A stretch of 32,000 nt of DNA. Source: Ignicoccus pacificus DSM 13166. GTDB taxonomy: Archaea > Thermoproteota > Thermoprotei_A > Sulfolobales > Ignicoccaceae. Both the position numbers and the translations under genes were made by a program. Positions 1-8,157 of the stretch are shown here, one piece after another (the first letter of the stretch is position 1; each line of letters begins with the position of its first letter). The notes beneath the pieces were generated by a model. That model made no database searches. It worked only from the letters and a program-made list of their open reading frames with translations, and had not been told where the DNA came from. The DNA lies in contig CP006868.1 in NCBI GenBank assembly GCA_025340205.1, positions 480,001-512,000 of the forward strand, written 5' to 3'.

Positions 1-453
1 TAGGTCGAGCACTAGGACGTTGAACTCTTTGACGTCCTCATTCGAGTGCCTCTTGTTGTAGGAGACCCAAGCTCTGAGCCTCTCATTGAGCTCGAAGTCA
101 TTATCTTTCAGCTCCTCGAGCTTCACTATCCCAAGTGCCACGTAGGTCTCAGCGTTACCCAAGGCCTCAAGGAAGTCTCTATCCTCCAAGAGCTTTAGCA
201 GATCACCCTTCCGCTCGAAGGCTAACGTTAGCGAGCCCCTCTCCTCCTTCTGCCAAATGATAACAGGCTTGTCCTCGTTCCCCGTTATCAGCCTCAAGTG
301 TTCAACGATCTCGCTGGTCCTAACCTTGGGTTCTTCCCTAGTAGCCCGCTCGAGGGCTTCCTTGAGCCCCTTTGTCCAAACGTTAACTTTTTCAGGACCA
401 TTGGACCCTTCGTTATCGGGTAGCTGCGAGGGGGAGGTGACTACGGCCGTCAT
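1..453 (-). CDS. hypothetical protein, 3'-truncated by window edge; fifth gene of minus-strand cassette
   Basis: Open minus-strand frame from ATG (CAT at 451-453) to base 1 with no stop (MTAVVTSPSQLPDNEGSNGPEKVNVWTKGLKEALERATREEPKVRTSEIVEHLRLITGNEDKPVIIWQ...). Its start overlaps the stop of the upstream ORF (450-452). It is absent from the supplied ORF track because it is incomplete. Confidence 0.65.
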   Translation of the reverse strand, partial: MTAVVTSPSQLPDNEGSNGPEKVNVWTKGLKEALERATREEPKVRTSEIVEHLRLITGNEDKPVIIWQKEERGSLTLAFERKGDLLKLLEDRDFLEALGNAETYVALGIVKLEELKDNDFELNERLRAWVSYNKRHSNEDVKEFNVLVLDL

Positions 454-656
454 TGGTCCACCACCTCCTCTCCCTCCTTCAAGCTTCCGCACATCGCCTC
501 GTACAACAGGAGAGCCCTCGTCACGACCTCGTTGTCCGCATGGCCGTGGAAGACGTAACCTTCGCACATCTCCCTCGCCATCTCCTCTGCTTCCTTCCTG
601 AGCTCGGAACCAAGGTCCTTGAGGACTTCCTCGATACGTTGCTCGATCTCCTTCAT
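450..656 (-). CDS. small hypothetical protein (68 aa)
   Basis: ORF overlapping neighbours by 4 nt at each end within a same-strand gene string; charged, helical composition. Confidence 0.6.
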   Translation of the reverse strand: MKEIEQRIEEVLKDLGSELRKEAEEMAREMCEGYVFHGHADNEVVTRALLLYEAMCGSLKEGEEVVDQ

Positions 657-979
657 TGCTTACACCTCCTCACAGCTCTCTTTAAGGCCTCCTTGGTGAG
701 CGGAGTTTGAGGAAGCTCCTCGCCTTTGCAGATCCTTTCTACGAGCCTCTCGATCTCTAGCTCGTTCACCACCACTTCGGGCTCATAGCCCAAGCGCTTC
801 AACTCCTTGTCGACGAGCCTCTCGAGAGTCTCCCTGAGGCTTTGGTCGTAAACCGTTGCGAGGAAGCAGAGCTTAGCGTGGAGCCCCTCGCTCGCTGGCA
901 GAGTCTTAGGCTTTCCATTTATTACCTGGTACTTTGCCACAGTGGTGGCCGCGAGGTCGCGGAGCGCGGCTTTTCTCAC
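653..979 (-). CDS. hypothetical protein (108 aa)
   Basis: ORF in the overlapping cassette; 4-nt overlaps with both neighbours. Confidence 0.65.
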   Translation of the reverse strand: MRKAALRDLAATTVAKYQVINGKPKTLPASEGLHAKLCFLATVYDQSLRETLERLVDKELKRLGYEPEVVVNELEIERLVERICKGEELPQTPLTKEALKRAVRRCKQ

Positions 980-1440
980 TGCGCCTCACCCCCAACCCTC
1001 TTGATTATCTCTTCTGCCTCCTTCAGCATCTTACACTTACTGAGCTTCTCGAGTAGGGCCTTGAGCTCGTCCTCGTGCTTCCTCATTATCTCCAGCAAGG
1101 CCTTAGTTATCGCCACGTTCGGTAGTCTGTGCTCTTTCCTCAGCTCGATTACCGCCTCTGCGAAGTCTCTCGCCACCTTGAGCTTGGTGAATTCCTTCTC
1201 TTCAAAAAAGCTCGAGAACTTCTCGCAGCTTTCTTGTTTTCCGGTCTTCACAGTTCCACCCGTATCTACCTGGGGTACCAGTGGTTGCTCATGGTGAGTC
1301 GAATCTTGCATCTCATTTCCCCTCACCCAACGTAGGGTACCTAGTCCGTTGCGCACGCTCCCTCCCGTATCCCCCAAGGGTACCAACCGCTCTGCCATGG
1401 TTACTCCCTCACCCTTACCGAGGGTACCATTGCTCACCAC
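976..1440 (-). CDS. hypothetical protein (up to 154 aa, start uncertain)
   Basis: ORF in the overlapping cassette. The C-terminal ~80 aa look like a normal charged helical protein; the N-terminal ~65 aa are low complexity and repeat-like, so the true start may be downstream. Confidence 0.55.
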   Translation of the reverse strand: MVSNGTLGKGEGVTMAERLVPLGDTGGSVRNGLGTLRWVRGNEMQDSTHHEQPLVPQVDTGGTVKTGKQESCEKFSSFFEEKEFTKLKVARDFAEAVIELRKEHRLPNVAITKALLEIMRKHEDELKALLEKLSKCKMLKEAEEIIKRVGGEAQ

Positions 1441-1787
1441 TTCATCCTCGCCAAGCGACTATCCCACTTGTACACTTCTTTCGCCCTCAGCTTCTTGCAG
1501 AATCTGATGTCCTCGATGGTCTTCCTGAACTCCTCCTCGTGCCTCTTCAGGACGTAGTAAGCGGCCATAGTTACTGTGTGGTTCGTCGTGTTCAGCTCCT
1601 TCCTTAGCCTCAGCACCAGCAAGGCGAACCAGCTTGAAACGGTGAGCCTCGACTTGATTTCGAGCAAGTGGTCCTCCTCTTCGATGTCCTTGCACCTAGG
1701 GTGCTTCTGCCACTCGTACTCCTCCACAAGCATCCCCGCCCAGAGCTGGGGTACCAGTGCGCTAGCGGTGAAACGGAGTAGTCGCAT
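1434..1787 (-). CDS. hypothetical protein (117 aa)
   Basis: First ORF of the overlapping cassette, 7-nt overlap with the next ORF. The C-terminal half of this protein (MAAYYVLKRHEEEFRKTIEDIRFCKKL) resembles the downstream 154-aa protein (ITKALLEIMRKHEDELKALLEKLSKCKML). Confidence 0.6.
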   Translation of the reverse strand: MRLLRFTASALVPQLWAGMLVEEYEWQKHPRCKDIEEEDHLLEIKSRLTVSSWFALLVLRLRKELNTTNHTVTMAAYYVLKRHEEEFRKTIEDIRFCKKLRAKEVYKWDSRLARMKW

Positions 1788-1925
1788 TTTGATGGCGAGT
1801 ACTGGGACGAAAGGTCTGCCTAGCAGAGAAATTGGTTAGACCTTCGAAGGAAGCGGGCATAACGGTGAAACGGAAAGCTTCAGCTGGGAGCTCGCTTGAG
1901 TAAGAGGAGGAAAAGGAACTCGAGG

Positions 1926-1987
1926 GGGACTAGGACGCCGGCCTGCCACGCCGGAGATCCCGGGTTCAAATCCCGGCCGCCGCACCA
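1926..1987 (+). pseudogene. partial tRNA-Gly(GCC): 3' portion from D-loop to CCA; 5' portion missing
   Basis: GGGGGACTA-GGAC-G-CCGGC-CTGCCAC-GCCGG-AGATC-CCGGG-TTCAAAT-CCCGG-CCGCCGC-A-CCA has a perfect anticodon arm (anticodon GCC), a perfect T arm and an encoded CCA. The matching acceptor 5' strand (GCGGCGG) and D-stem 5' strand (GTCY) were not found in the ~250 nt upstream. Confidence 0.85.
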
Positions 1988-1993
1988 TTCTTC

Positions 1994-2464
1994 CTAATTA
2001 TCCCGAGATCCTCCGTCGTGACAACCAAGCATCGCTAAGAGGTCATTACCCTCACTAAGCACATAGAAAGAACGGATCTTGGCACGCTTAGCATTAATTG
2101 CTTGAACTTTGTCACTAGTTACCAACACAGCATCCATAACCTTCGCCACTCCCAAGTAGTATGAATCTGCACCCCTCGAACCAGTGCTCAACGCTAGCTC
2201 TACAGCATCTTCGTAAAATATATCGTCGGGGACTGTTATAACCGATTCCTTTAATATAGAAATTACTGAAGCCACTCTTTCTGGTGGTATAAACCTAACC
2301 AAGACCCCAGCAACTTCTACAAGGAGAAGCCTAGGAGCGAGCAACTTAATTCCTTTCTTTTGAAAGCATTCGAATAAGGCTTCGGTCACTCTAACCCTTT
2401 CCTTGTTTCTTCCCGCAAACAAGTCGATAACTACTGACGCGTCGAGAACTACCTTATCGATCAC
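1994..2464 (-). CDS. vapC: VapC-like PIN-domain protein (toxin candidate)
   Basis: PIN-type acidic pattern: VVLDASVVIDLF near the N terminus, VEVAGVL centrally, GADSYYLGVAK and VLVTSDK later. Start overlaps a small upstream antitoxin-like ORF. Confidence 0.8.
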   Translation of the reverse strand: MIDKVVLDASVVIDLFAGRNKERVRVTEALFECFQKKGIKLLAPRLLLVEVAGVLVRFIPPERVASVISILKESVITVPDDIFYEDAVELALSTGSRGADSYYLGVAKVMDAVLVTSDKVQAINAKRAKIRSFYVLSEGNDLLAMLGCHDGGSRDN

Positions 2465-2664
2465 GTCTCGAACCTCTTCCTCTCTTCACTCAGAATTTCG
2501 GAGGGTTCGCGATCTGATCGAACGAGTGCGCGCACACGTCTTGCCACTTCTACGAGATCCTCTTGTACAAGTAACGTCACTACCTCACCATCTCTTAAAT
2601 CAATGTCTTCAAGGGGTACTAGTCTTCCCCCTTTAACTACAGCTTTGATTAGCCTCTTCCTCAT
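2461..2664 (-). CDS. small antitoxin-like protein, AF2212/DUF104-like
   Basis: 67 aa (IKAVVKGGRLVPLEDIDLRDGEVVTLLV), resembling the beta-rich N terminus of archaeal VapB/AF2212-type antitoxins; overlaps vapC by 4 nt. Confidence 0.75.
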   Translation of the reverse strand: MRKRLIKAVVKGGRLVPLEDIDLRDGEVVTLLVQEDLVEVARRVRALVRSDREPSEILSEERKRFET

Positions 2665-3517
2665 GGTTTCTCAGCAATACTTCCTATGTTCGTCGAATTT
2701 TAAACCAACTAGAAGTCCCAAGATGATGACCTTCCAAGTAGGCGATCCCGATTCAAAATCCCGGCTACACCAATTGCCTTCTCTTAACTCCTTCCACGAT
2801 CCTCACTTAGAGACACACCATGTTTCACTAACTGGACATTCGAGAACAGGAAGCTATAGAGGTTCTCCTTTCAAACACACCTTGAGTCGCACGGAACATA
2901 TCAGCGAAGTGCAACTGAAGTTAATAAACAAACGTGATGCTTGGGCCTAAGTGGAGCTAATCCGTTCGGCCTCTCGAACGTTTTACGCGAAAGAACTTCT
3001 CGAAGGTACTTAGGATAAGATCGAAGAGCGTTGTAAATACTGCCTTGGAATCAAGAGAGGAAGGACGAGTGCTTTATGAATCTTCACGAGCAATGAAACG
3101 TTTGAGATTTTGACGAGGTTACCCTTTAGCTTCTCTAGACATTACGTGAGTAAGAAAGTCCAAGGTGCCGGAAACACTAGAACCCTCGAAACTTCGCAAG
3201 TCAGGATTGCTAGTAAGCAACTTCGAAAGCACGTTAATCTTGGAAGCGAGAAGAGCTAAAGTAGTGATAGCTAAGGATTATGGAATAAGCATAGAAGACG
3301 TTGAGGCAGTATTATTATTGAGTATCTAAAGTCGAGGAGGAAGTGCTTGAAGCTATTGCTAGGTGAAAAGACAAAGATTTGATTGAAGTTTAAGCGTCTT
3401 GAATTACTGACATTCTTAAAACAAAGGTAGTATAAGAATTGTAATTGTTTTCTCAGAGACGTATCTTATCGTAGCTGTGCGTCTCGGAAACATTTAATAT
3501 TTTCTATAAAGGAACCT

Positions 3518-3525
3518 TTATAACA
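3518..3525 (+). promoter_or_regulatory. candidate archaeal TATA box for the 3547 ORF
   Basis: CTTTATAA about 22-29 nt upstream of the ATG at 3547, consistent with a leaderless or nearly leaderless archaeal transcript. Confidence 0.45.
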
Positions 3526-3546
3526 AAAAGAGAAAATGTAGAATAT

Positions 3547-4719
3547 GTGGTGAAAACACCAATGGCACTATCTGAAAAGTTAAACGGCCTATTCACATTA
3601 GTGATGTTAATAGCTATAGTAATAACCTTAGCAATGACAACAGTTGTACATTATTTAGATATCGAGTCCTCTATTGCCACAAATCTAGTGTTAATCGTTA
3701 TAGCTGTCGCAGTGTTGAGCGGTCTAGGCGCTATCATTACAGATCTCTTTGCAATAAAAATGCCTTCAATTGAAGTCGGAAACCTAGAGACCGCGACTTT
3801 TCATACAAGTTCATCAGAAGATAGAAGCGAAAAAGAAGCTATTCTCACTAGTAAGAGATCGGAGTACGAAAGTTTTCGTTCAAGCACTCAAAAGAGTGAG
3901 AACAGGAAAGAGGAGAGCAAGCGTGAGACTGTTCTTCAAGTAACCTCATTAGAAGAACTAATGGTCCTACTAAAGCATCTCAAGGAAATCCATAGAGATG
4001 CGGATAGGACTGATGCGATAATATCTCCGTGGATATTCGCATGGCCCTTCATGTTCCTCGGATTTGCTCTTCTGATAGCTCTTTTGACAGCTGCCTCGGC
4101 AAGCGTCTCTCCTTATCCAAGCGAAGTCGGTGCTATCGGCTTCGCCAGTATCGTAATTTTCATAGGTGCAGCTCTCGTAGTTGCCGTGGGTATCGCCGTA
4201 TATCTTCCCTATAAGCTCATTAAGAGAAGGAACGAACACTTCGGAAGGACGCTTAAGTTCTATCGTACCCTCTTAGATCTACTAAAACACATGAAGGTAG
4301 ATAGTGGCATTGTAAATAGAATCGAGGTCACAGTTATCGACATGGAACAAGAGAGTCAACCAAGGAATCCCTTCCTTTGGATACTTCTAGAATATTTATT
4401 CGCACCAGTAACCTTTTACGTCTACCACTTCCTCAACAAGGATTTCTATAAACACGAACAGAGGGAAATAGAGATTTATAGGAACTTAAGAATAGCGTTG
4501 AGCGAAGTAGGCATATCAATACCTCAGATGAACCCAACCATACCGAGCAGAAGTACGATACTTTATATCATAGCTACCTTGCTCACCGGTGGAGTCTTCG
4601 GTCTCTATTGGCTCTATACCTTGATAAAGGATCCAAATGAACATTTTAAACAACACAGATACGTGGAGTCTGAGCTCATTGCTGCAATAGAACGAGCGCT
4701 AAGAAGTGCTAAGACATAG
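3547..4719 (+). CDS. multi-pass membrane protein with C-terminal DUF4234-like segment
   Basis: Two N-terminal TM segments, a charged central loop, further TM pairs, and the C-terminal motif ILYIIATLLTGGVFGLYWLYTLIKDPNEHF typical of DUF4234-like regions. Confidence 0.75.
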   Translation: MVKTPMALSEKLNGLFTLVMLIAIVITLAMTTVVHYLDIESSIATNLVLIVIAVAVLSGLGAIITDLFAIKMPSIEVGNLETATFHTSSSEDRSEKEAILTSKRSEYESFRSSTQKSENRKEESKRETVLQVTSLEELMVLLKHLKEIHRDADRTDAIISPWIFAWPFMFLGFALLIALLTAASASVSPYPSEVGAIGFASIVIFIGAALVVAVGIAVYLPYKLIKRRNEHFGRTLKFYRTLLDLLKHMKVDSGIVNRIEVTVIDMEQESQPRNPFLWILLEYLFAPVTFYVYHFLNKDFYKHEQREIEIYRNLRIALSEVGISIPQMNPTIPSRSTILYIIATLLTGGVFGLYWLYTLIKDPNEHFKQHRYVESELIAAIERALRSAKT

Positions 4720-4755
4720 CTTTTCTATAAAGTATAATTACATTTTATTAAAATA

Positions 4756-5532
4756 TTAAAAAGAAGGTTTAATTAGATTCAAAGCGTCCTTCCATACTTT
4801 GTCACACTCTACTTTTCTACTCAAGAACTCCGAAAGGTTCACACCCTTTTCCTCCAGAGCTCTGCCTATGAACTTCTTCGGTATAGCAGTTGAGTCTATC
4901 GGTTCTTGATCGCTATAATGCTTGCCTCTAAAGAGTAAAGCGGCAGCGCTATCCGCAACGCTTACGAAGCCAGCTAGAACGAATGCTTCTCTCTTGAGTC
5001 TCGAAGCTATGAGCGTTTCAGCTAAATCTAGTACCTTGTTCTTGACCTCATTTGCCATAACTTCCTTTCCTTCGGTCTCTTTCAAACTCGGAAAGAGCTC
5101 GGCTAGTCTCGAGGAAGCAATTCCCTTAATCTTAAATACTCCTATATTCCGTGCTTCCATATCGAAAGCGTCTCTCATAGCATGATGATGCATAGCTACA
5201 GCGTAAATCGTCGGTCCTAGGAGGTCTTCTGGAATGCCTAGGGAGAGTAAGTCGTCCTTCAACCACTTGTAGGTCATGTAGGCTGAAAGAGCTTCGTGGA
5301 ACGGAAAGGTACTCTTTCCTCCTCTATCTCTCCTTATTCCTACTTTCCCTATGTCATGCAGGATTGCAACTAGATAGGCTGCCTTCTCGATTCCCTTTAC
5401 CTTTCTTGAAAGGGCTCTTAACTCCTTTTCGAACAACTCGTTCATCATAAGAACTATAAGGGCACTGTGACAGTAGAGGGGTTCCTCAACGCTTCTTGAT
5501 CTATCGTAGAAGGAGAGAGGTTCTTTACACAA
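4756..5532 (-). CDS. HD-domain nuclease/phosphohydrolase, Cas3''-like
   Basis: HD pattern: H (LYCHSALIV), LHDIGKVG, H (FPFHEALSAY), MHHHAM, and a late D (VSVADSAAAL). No adjacent cas genes or repeats. Confidence 0.7.
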   Translation of the reverse strand: MCKEPLSFYDRSRSVEEPLYCHSALIVLMMNELFEKELRALSRKVKGIEKAAYLVAILHDIGKVGIRRDRGGKSTFPFHEALSAYMTYKWLKDDLLSLGIPEDLLGPTIYAVAMHHHAMRDAFDMEARNIGVFKIKGIASSRLAELFPSLKETEGKEVMANEVKNKVLDLAETLIASRLKREAFVLAGFVSVADSAAALLFRGKHYSDQEPIDSTAIPKKFIGRALEEKGVNLSEFLSRKVECDKVWKDALNLIKPSF

Positions 5533-5697
5533 ACCCTATCCCCCTTGTATAAGAATGAGGTGCGTGAATCTCGAAACCCAAAAGATCATGTTGTTCTTCC
5601 TTTACATGACACGTAAAGAGTATTCGCTGTATTGTATGTCAGTGTTAAAATGTCTTTGTAAGCACTACTTTATGATTATCATAAAGCTTCTCTATAC

Positions 5698-6636
5698 TTG
5701 GTGCTTCCTCTAGTGATCATAGGTGGTATAGGAGGAGGCGGAGACATAGGGTTAGCATTAGTCCTCAAGGATTATCTCAACCTCATTCCAGCTTCAGTTC
5801 TCAGCTTCCTTAACTGCCCCTCCAAGAAGCTACCAGTTCCAGGAAAGAAAGCTTACAAAGGTCTTTGGATTCCCTCAGTCGAACATCCTAGGCTCTTCGA
5901 GGCAAAACTGAATGTGATGGAGCCAAACCTCAGTGTCTTTGCCATATGTACTCGCGAACATTGGAACGTTGTGAAGAGAGGATTGGATTACTTCATGAAG
6001 TTATTCGATCCTAAGATAACGCTCCACACTGACTTGGGAGGGGATGCGATAGTTCTCGGGTATGAAAGTAACTTCGGTAGTTACAAAACTGATGCATTGG
6101 GAAGAGCTGCTCTCCATTACTTAAGTACGGAGTACGGCGTTAGAGTTTATCTAGCTGTAGGAAACGTTGGAGCAGAAGCTTGGAAGCTTCACGAGCTCGT
6201 CGCTATATTGAAGTACTTAAAAGAGGAGGGTGTCTTCGTTGGCTCAATACTTCCATCAAAAGAATCTCTTGTTAAGGCAAAGCTCCTTGCCTCCCTCGGC
6301 TGCTCGGGAATGCTTCCGCTGTACCTCAACGCCGTTGAGGGAAAGAAAGTGGTAGAGGAGAGGCTCTGCTACTTGAAGCCTCCGATAAAGATCAAACCGT
6401 GGTACAAGTACTCCCTAATCTTCGATCTTAAGGAACTCTGCGAGCTCTCTCCCCTTTGCATGAAGGCCAGAAGGGAGTGGATAGGAGGTCTAAAAGGATG
6501 GAAATCTCTAGAACCTCCAGCGAAATTGAAAGAGCTTTTGAAATATTACGAGGATATGGGAGAAACTGATATAGAAAATGAAATCTTAAAAATAATTGAG
6601 AGTGAGGCACTAAGTACTTCAATATTTGAGGATTGA
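5698..6636 (+). CDS. DUF1152-like protein
   Basis: N-terminal GGIGGGGDIGLALVLKDYL Gly-rich nucleotide-binding-like motif plus HTDLGGDAIVLGYE...SYKTDALGRAAL, recalled as DUF1152 features. Confidence 0.65.
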   Translation: MVLPLVIIGGIGGGGDIGLALVLKDYLNLIPASVLSFLNCPSKKLPVPGKKAYKGLWIPSVEHPRLFEAKLNVMEPNLSVFAICTREHWNVVKRGLDYFMKLFDPKITLHTDLGGDAIVLGYESNFGSYKTDALGRAALHYLSTEYGVRVYLAVGNVGAEAWKLHELVAILKYLKEEGVFVGSILPSKESLVKAKLLASLGCSGMLPLYLNAVEGKKVVEERLCYLKPPIKIKPWYKYSLIFDLKELCELSPLCMKARREWIGGLKGWKSLEPPAKLKELLKYYEDMGETDIENEILKIIESEALSTSIFED

Positions 6637-6697
6637 GGTACTTCTCCGCATGTATGACATATATCCCTCCTTTTCGTGTGGGCGCTAAGGGATCAGC

Positions 6698-8152
6698 ATG
6701 TACAGAGTGAGGCTAGCGGAGCGAGCGGAGTTCTTGAGAAAGCTGAGGGAGGAGAGCATAGACACTCCCGACTACGAGGTAATAGATTCGCCCAAGCCCG
6801 AGCTGTACAAGTTCATCTTCCCCTTCAAGAGCGCTCCTAGGATATTCTTCGATGGAATAATACTACCAGTAGAGGTGCCCAAGGAGATATGGATAACCGA
6901 CACTACCTTCAGAGACGGCCAGCAAGCCAGGGAGCCCTACACGGTGGAGCAAATAGTTACGCTCTACAAGTTCCTCCACAGGCTCGGTGGAGAGAACTGC
7001 AGAATCCTGACCAGCGAGTTCTTCCTATATACCGAAAAGGACAGGGAGGCCGTCAGGAGGGTCAAGGCCCTAGGCTACAGATGTCCCAAAGTAACCGCTT
7101 GGATAAGGGCGAACAAGGAGGAGCTTAGGCTAGTCAAGGAGGCTGGAATAGAGGAGACCGGAATACTCTCGTCCATAAGCGACTACCACATCTACTACAA
7201 GTTCAGGAGCAGCAGGAGGAAGGTCGTGGAGAAGTACTTGAGCGTGGTAGAAGAGGCACTGAAGATGGGAATAGTACCAAGGGTGCACTTGGAGGACATA
7301 ACGAGGGCTAACATATTCGAGGTAGTAGTGCCTTTCGTGAAGAAGTTGATGAAGCTCAGCGAGAAGTATGGGTTACCGGTAAAGGTGAGGTATCCCGACA
7401 CCTTGGGAGTGGGAGTTCCCATACCGGAGGCCATGCTTCCGAGGAGCATTCCAAAGCTCACTTGGGTTCTGAGGCACGTAGCCGGGGTTCCCAGCGAGTG
7501 GTTGGAGTTCCACGGTCACAACGACTTCCACTTGGGAGTTGCCAACGCCACCAGCGCTTGGCTCTACGGGGCTTCTCTAAACAATGGAACGCTCCTAGGA
7601 ATAGGGGAGAGGGCCGGAAACGTTCCCATAGAGGCCTTGGTCTTCATGTATGCTCAGATCAAGCACTCCTTTGACGGAATGAACCCCAAGGTGATAACCG
7701 AGATAGCGAAGTACTACAGAGACGAGCTGGGCTACGAGGTGCCTCCATACTATCCGATCGTGGGAAGAAACTTCGCCACCACTAGGGCTGGAATACATGC
7801 AGACGGCCTCCTCAAGAATCCCGAGACCTACTTGCCCTTCGACACCGAGGGAATCCTAGGAGTGAAGCCCGGAATAGCGATAACCCCTTACGCCGGCTTG
7901 GCCGGAATAGCCTACTGGATAAACAAGACGTTTGACCTAAAGGGCGATGAAGTAATAAACAAGAAGGATCCAAGGGTGCAGAAGATCTACGAAGATGTGA
8001 TGAAGCAGTTCGAGCATGGCAGGCTTACTGCCTTGAGCGACGCCGAGATGCTAAACTTAGTAGCGAAGCACATGCCGGAGCTCGTGGAGAAGTACTGGGA
8101 TAGGTTGCCAGAGGACCTGAGGATAAAGTTCTTGGAAGCGAAGAAGAAGTAG
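6698..8152 (+). CDS. LeuA/homocitrate synthase superfamily enzyme; candidate Re-type citrate synthase
   Basis: HMG-CoA lyase-like TIM-barrel signature ITDTTFRDGQQAREPYTVEQIV, conserved EFHGHNDFHLGVANA and GERAGNVPIEALV; divergent from canonical LeuA (DGEQ). Confidence 0.85.
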   Translation: MYRVRLAERAEFLRKLREESIDTPDYEVIDSPKPELYKFIFPFKSAPRIFFDGIILPVEVPKEIWITDTTFRDGQQAREPYTVEQIVTLYKFLHRLGGENCRILTSEFFLYTEKDREAVRRVKALGYRCPKVTAWIRANKEELRLVKEAGIEETGILSSISDYHIYYKFRSSRRKVVEKYLSVVEEALKMGIVPRVHLEDITRANIFEVVVPFVKKLMKLSEKYGLPVKVRYPDTLGVGVPIPEAMLPRSIPKLTWVLRHVAGVPSEWLEFHGHNDFHLGVANATSAWLYGASLNNGTLLGIGERAGNVPIEALVFMYAQIKHSFDGMNPKVITEIAKYYRDELGYEVPPYYPIVGRNFATTRAGIHADGLLKNPETYLPFDTEGILGVKPGIAITPYAGLAGIAYWINKTFDLKGDEVINKKDPRVQKIYEDVMKQFEHGRLTALSDAEMLNLVAKHMPELVEKYWDRLPEDLRIKFLEAKKK

Positions 8153-8157
8153 CTCTT

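Noticed and set aside
1129-1607. Plus-strand ORFs 1129-1335, 842-1297, 1281-1607 opposite the small-gene cassette
   Set aside because: Ser/Leu/Pro-rich antisense frames; the minus-strand set has consistent start/stop overlaps and better composition.
4756-6636. CRISPR array near the Cas3''-like gene
   Set aside because: No regularly spaced repeats were found in the surrounding sequence by eye.
6889-7674. Short plus-strand ORFs (79 and 70 aa) inside the LeuA-like gene
   Set aside because: Alternative frames of a strongly supported enzyme gene.
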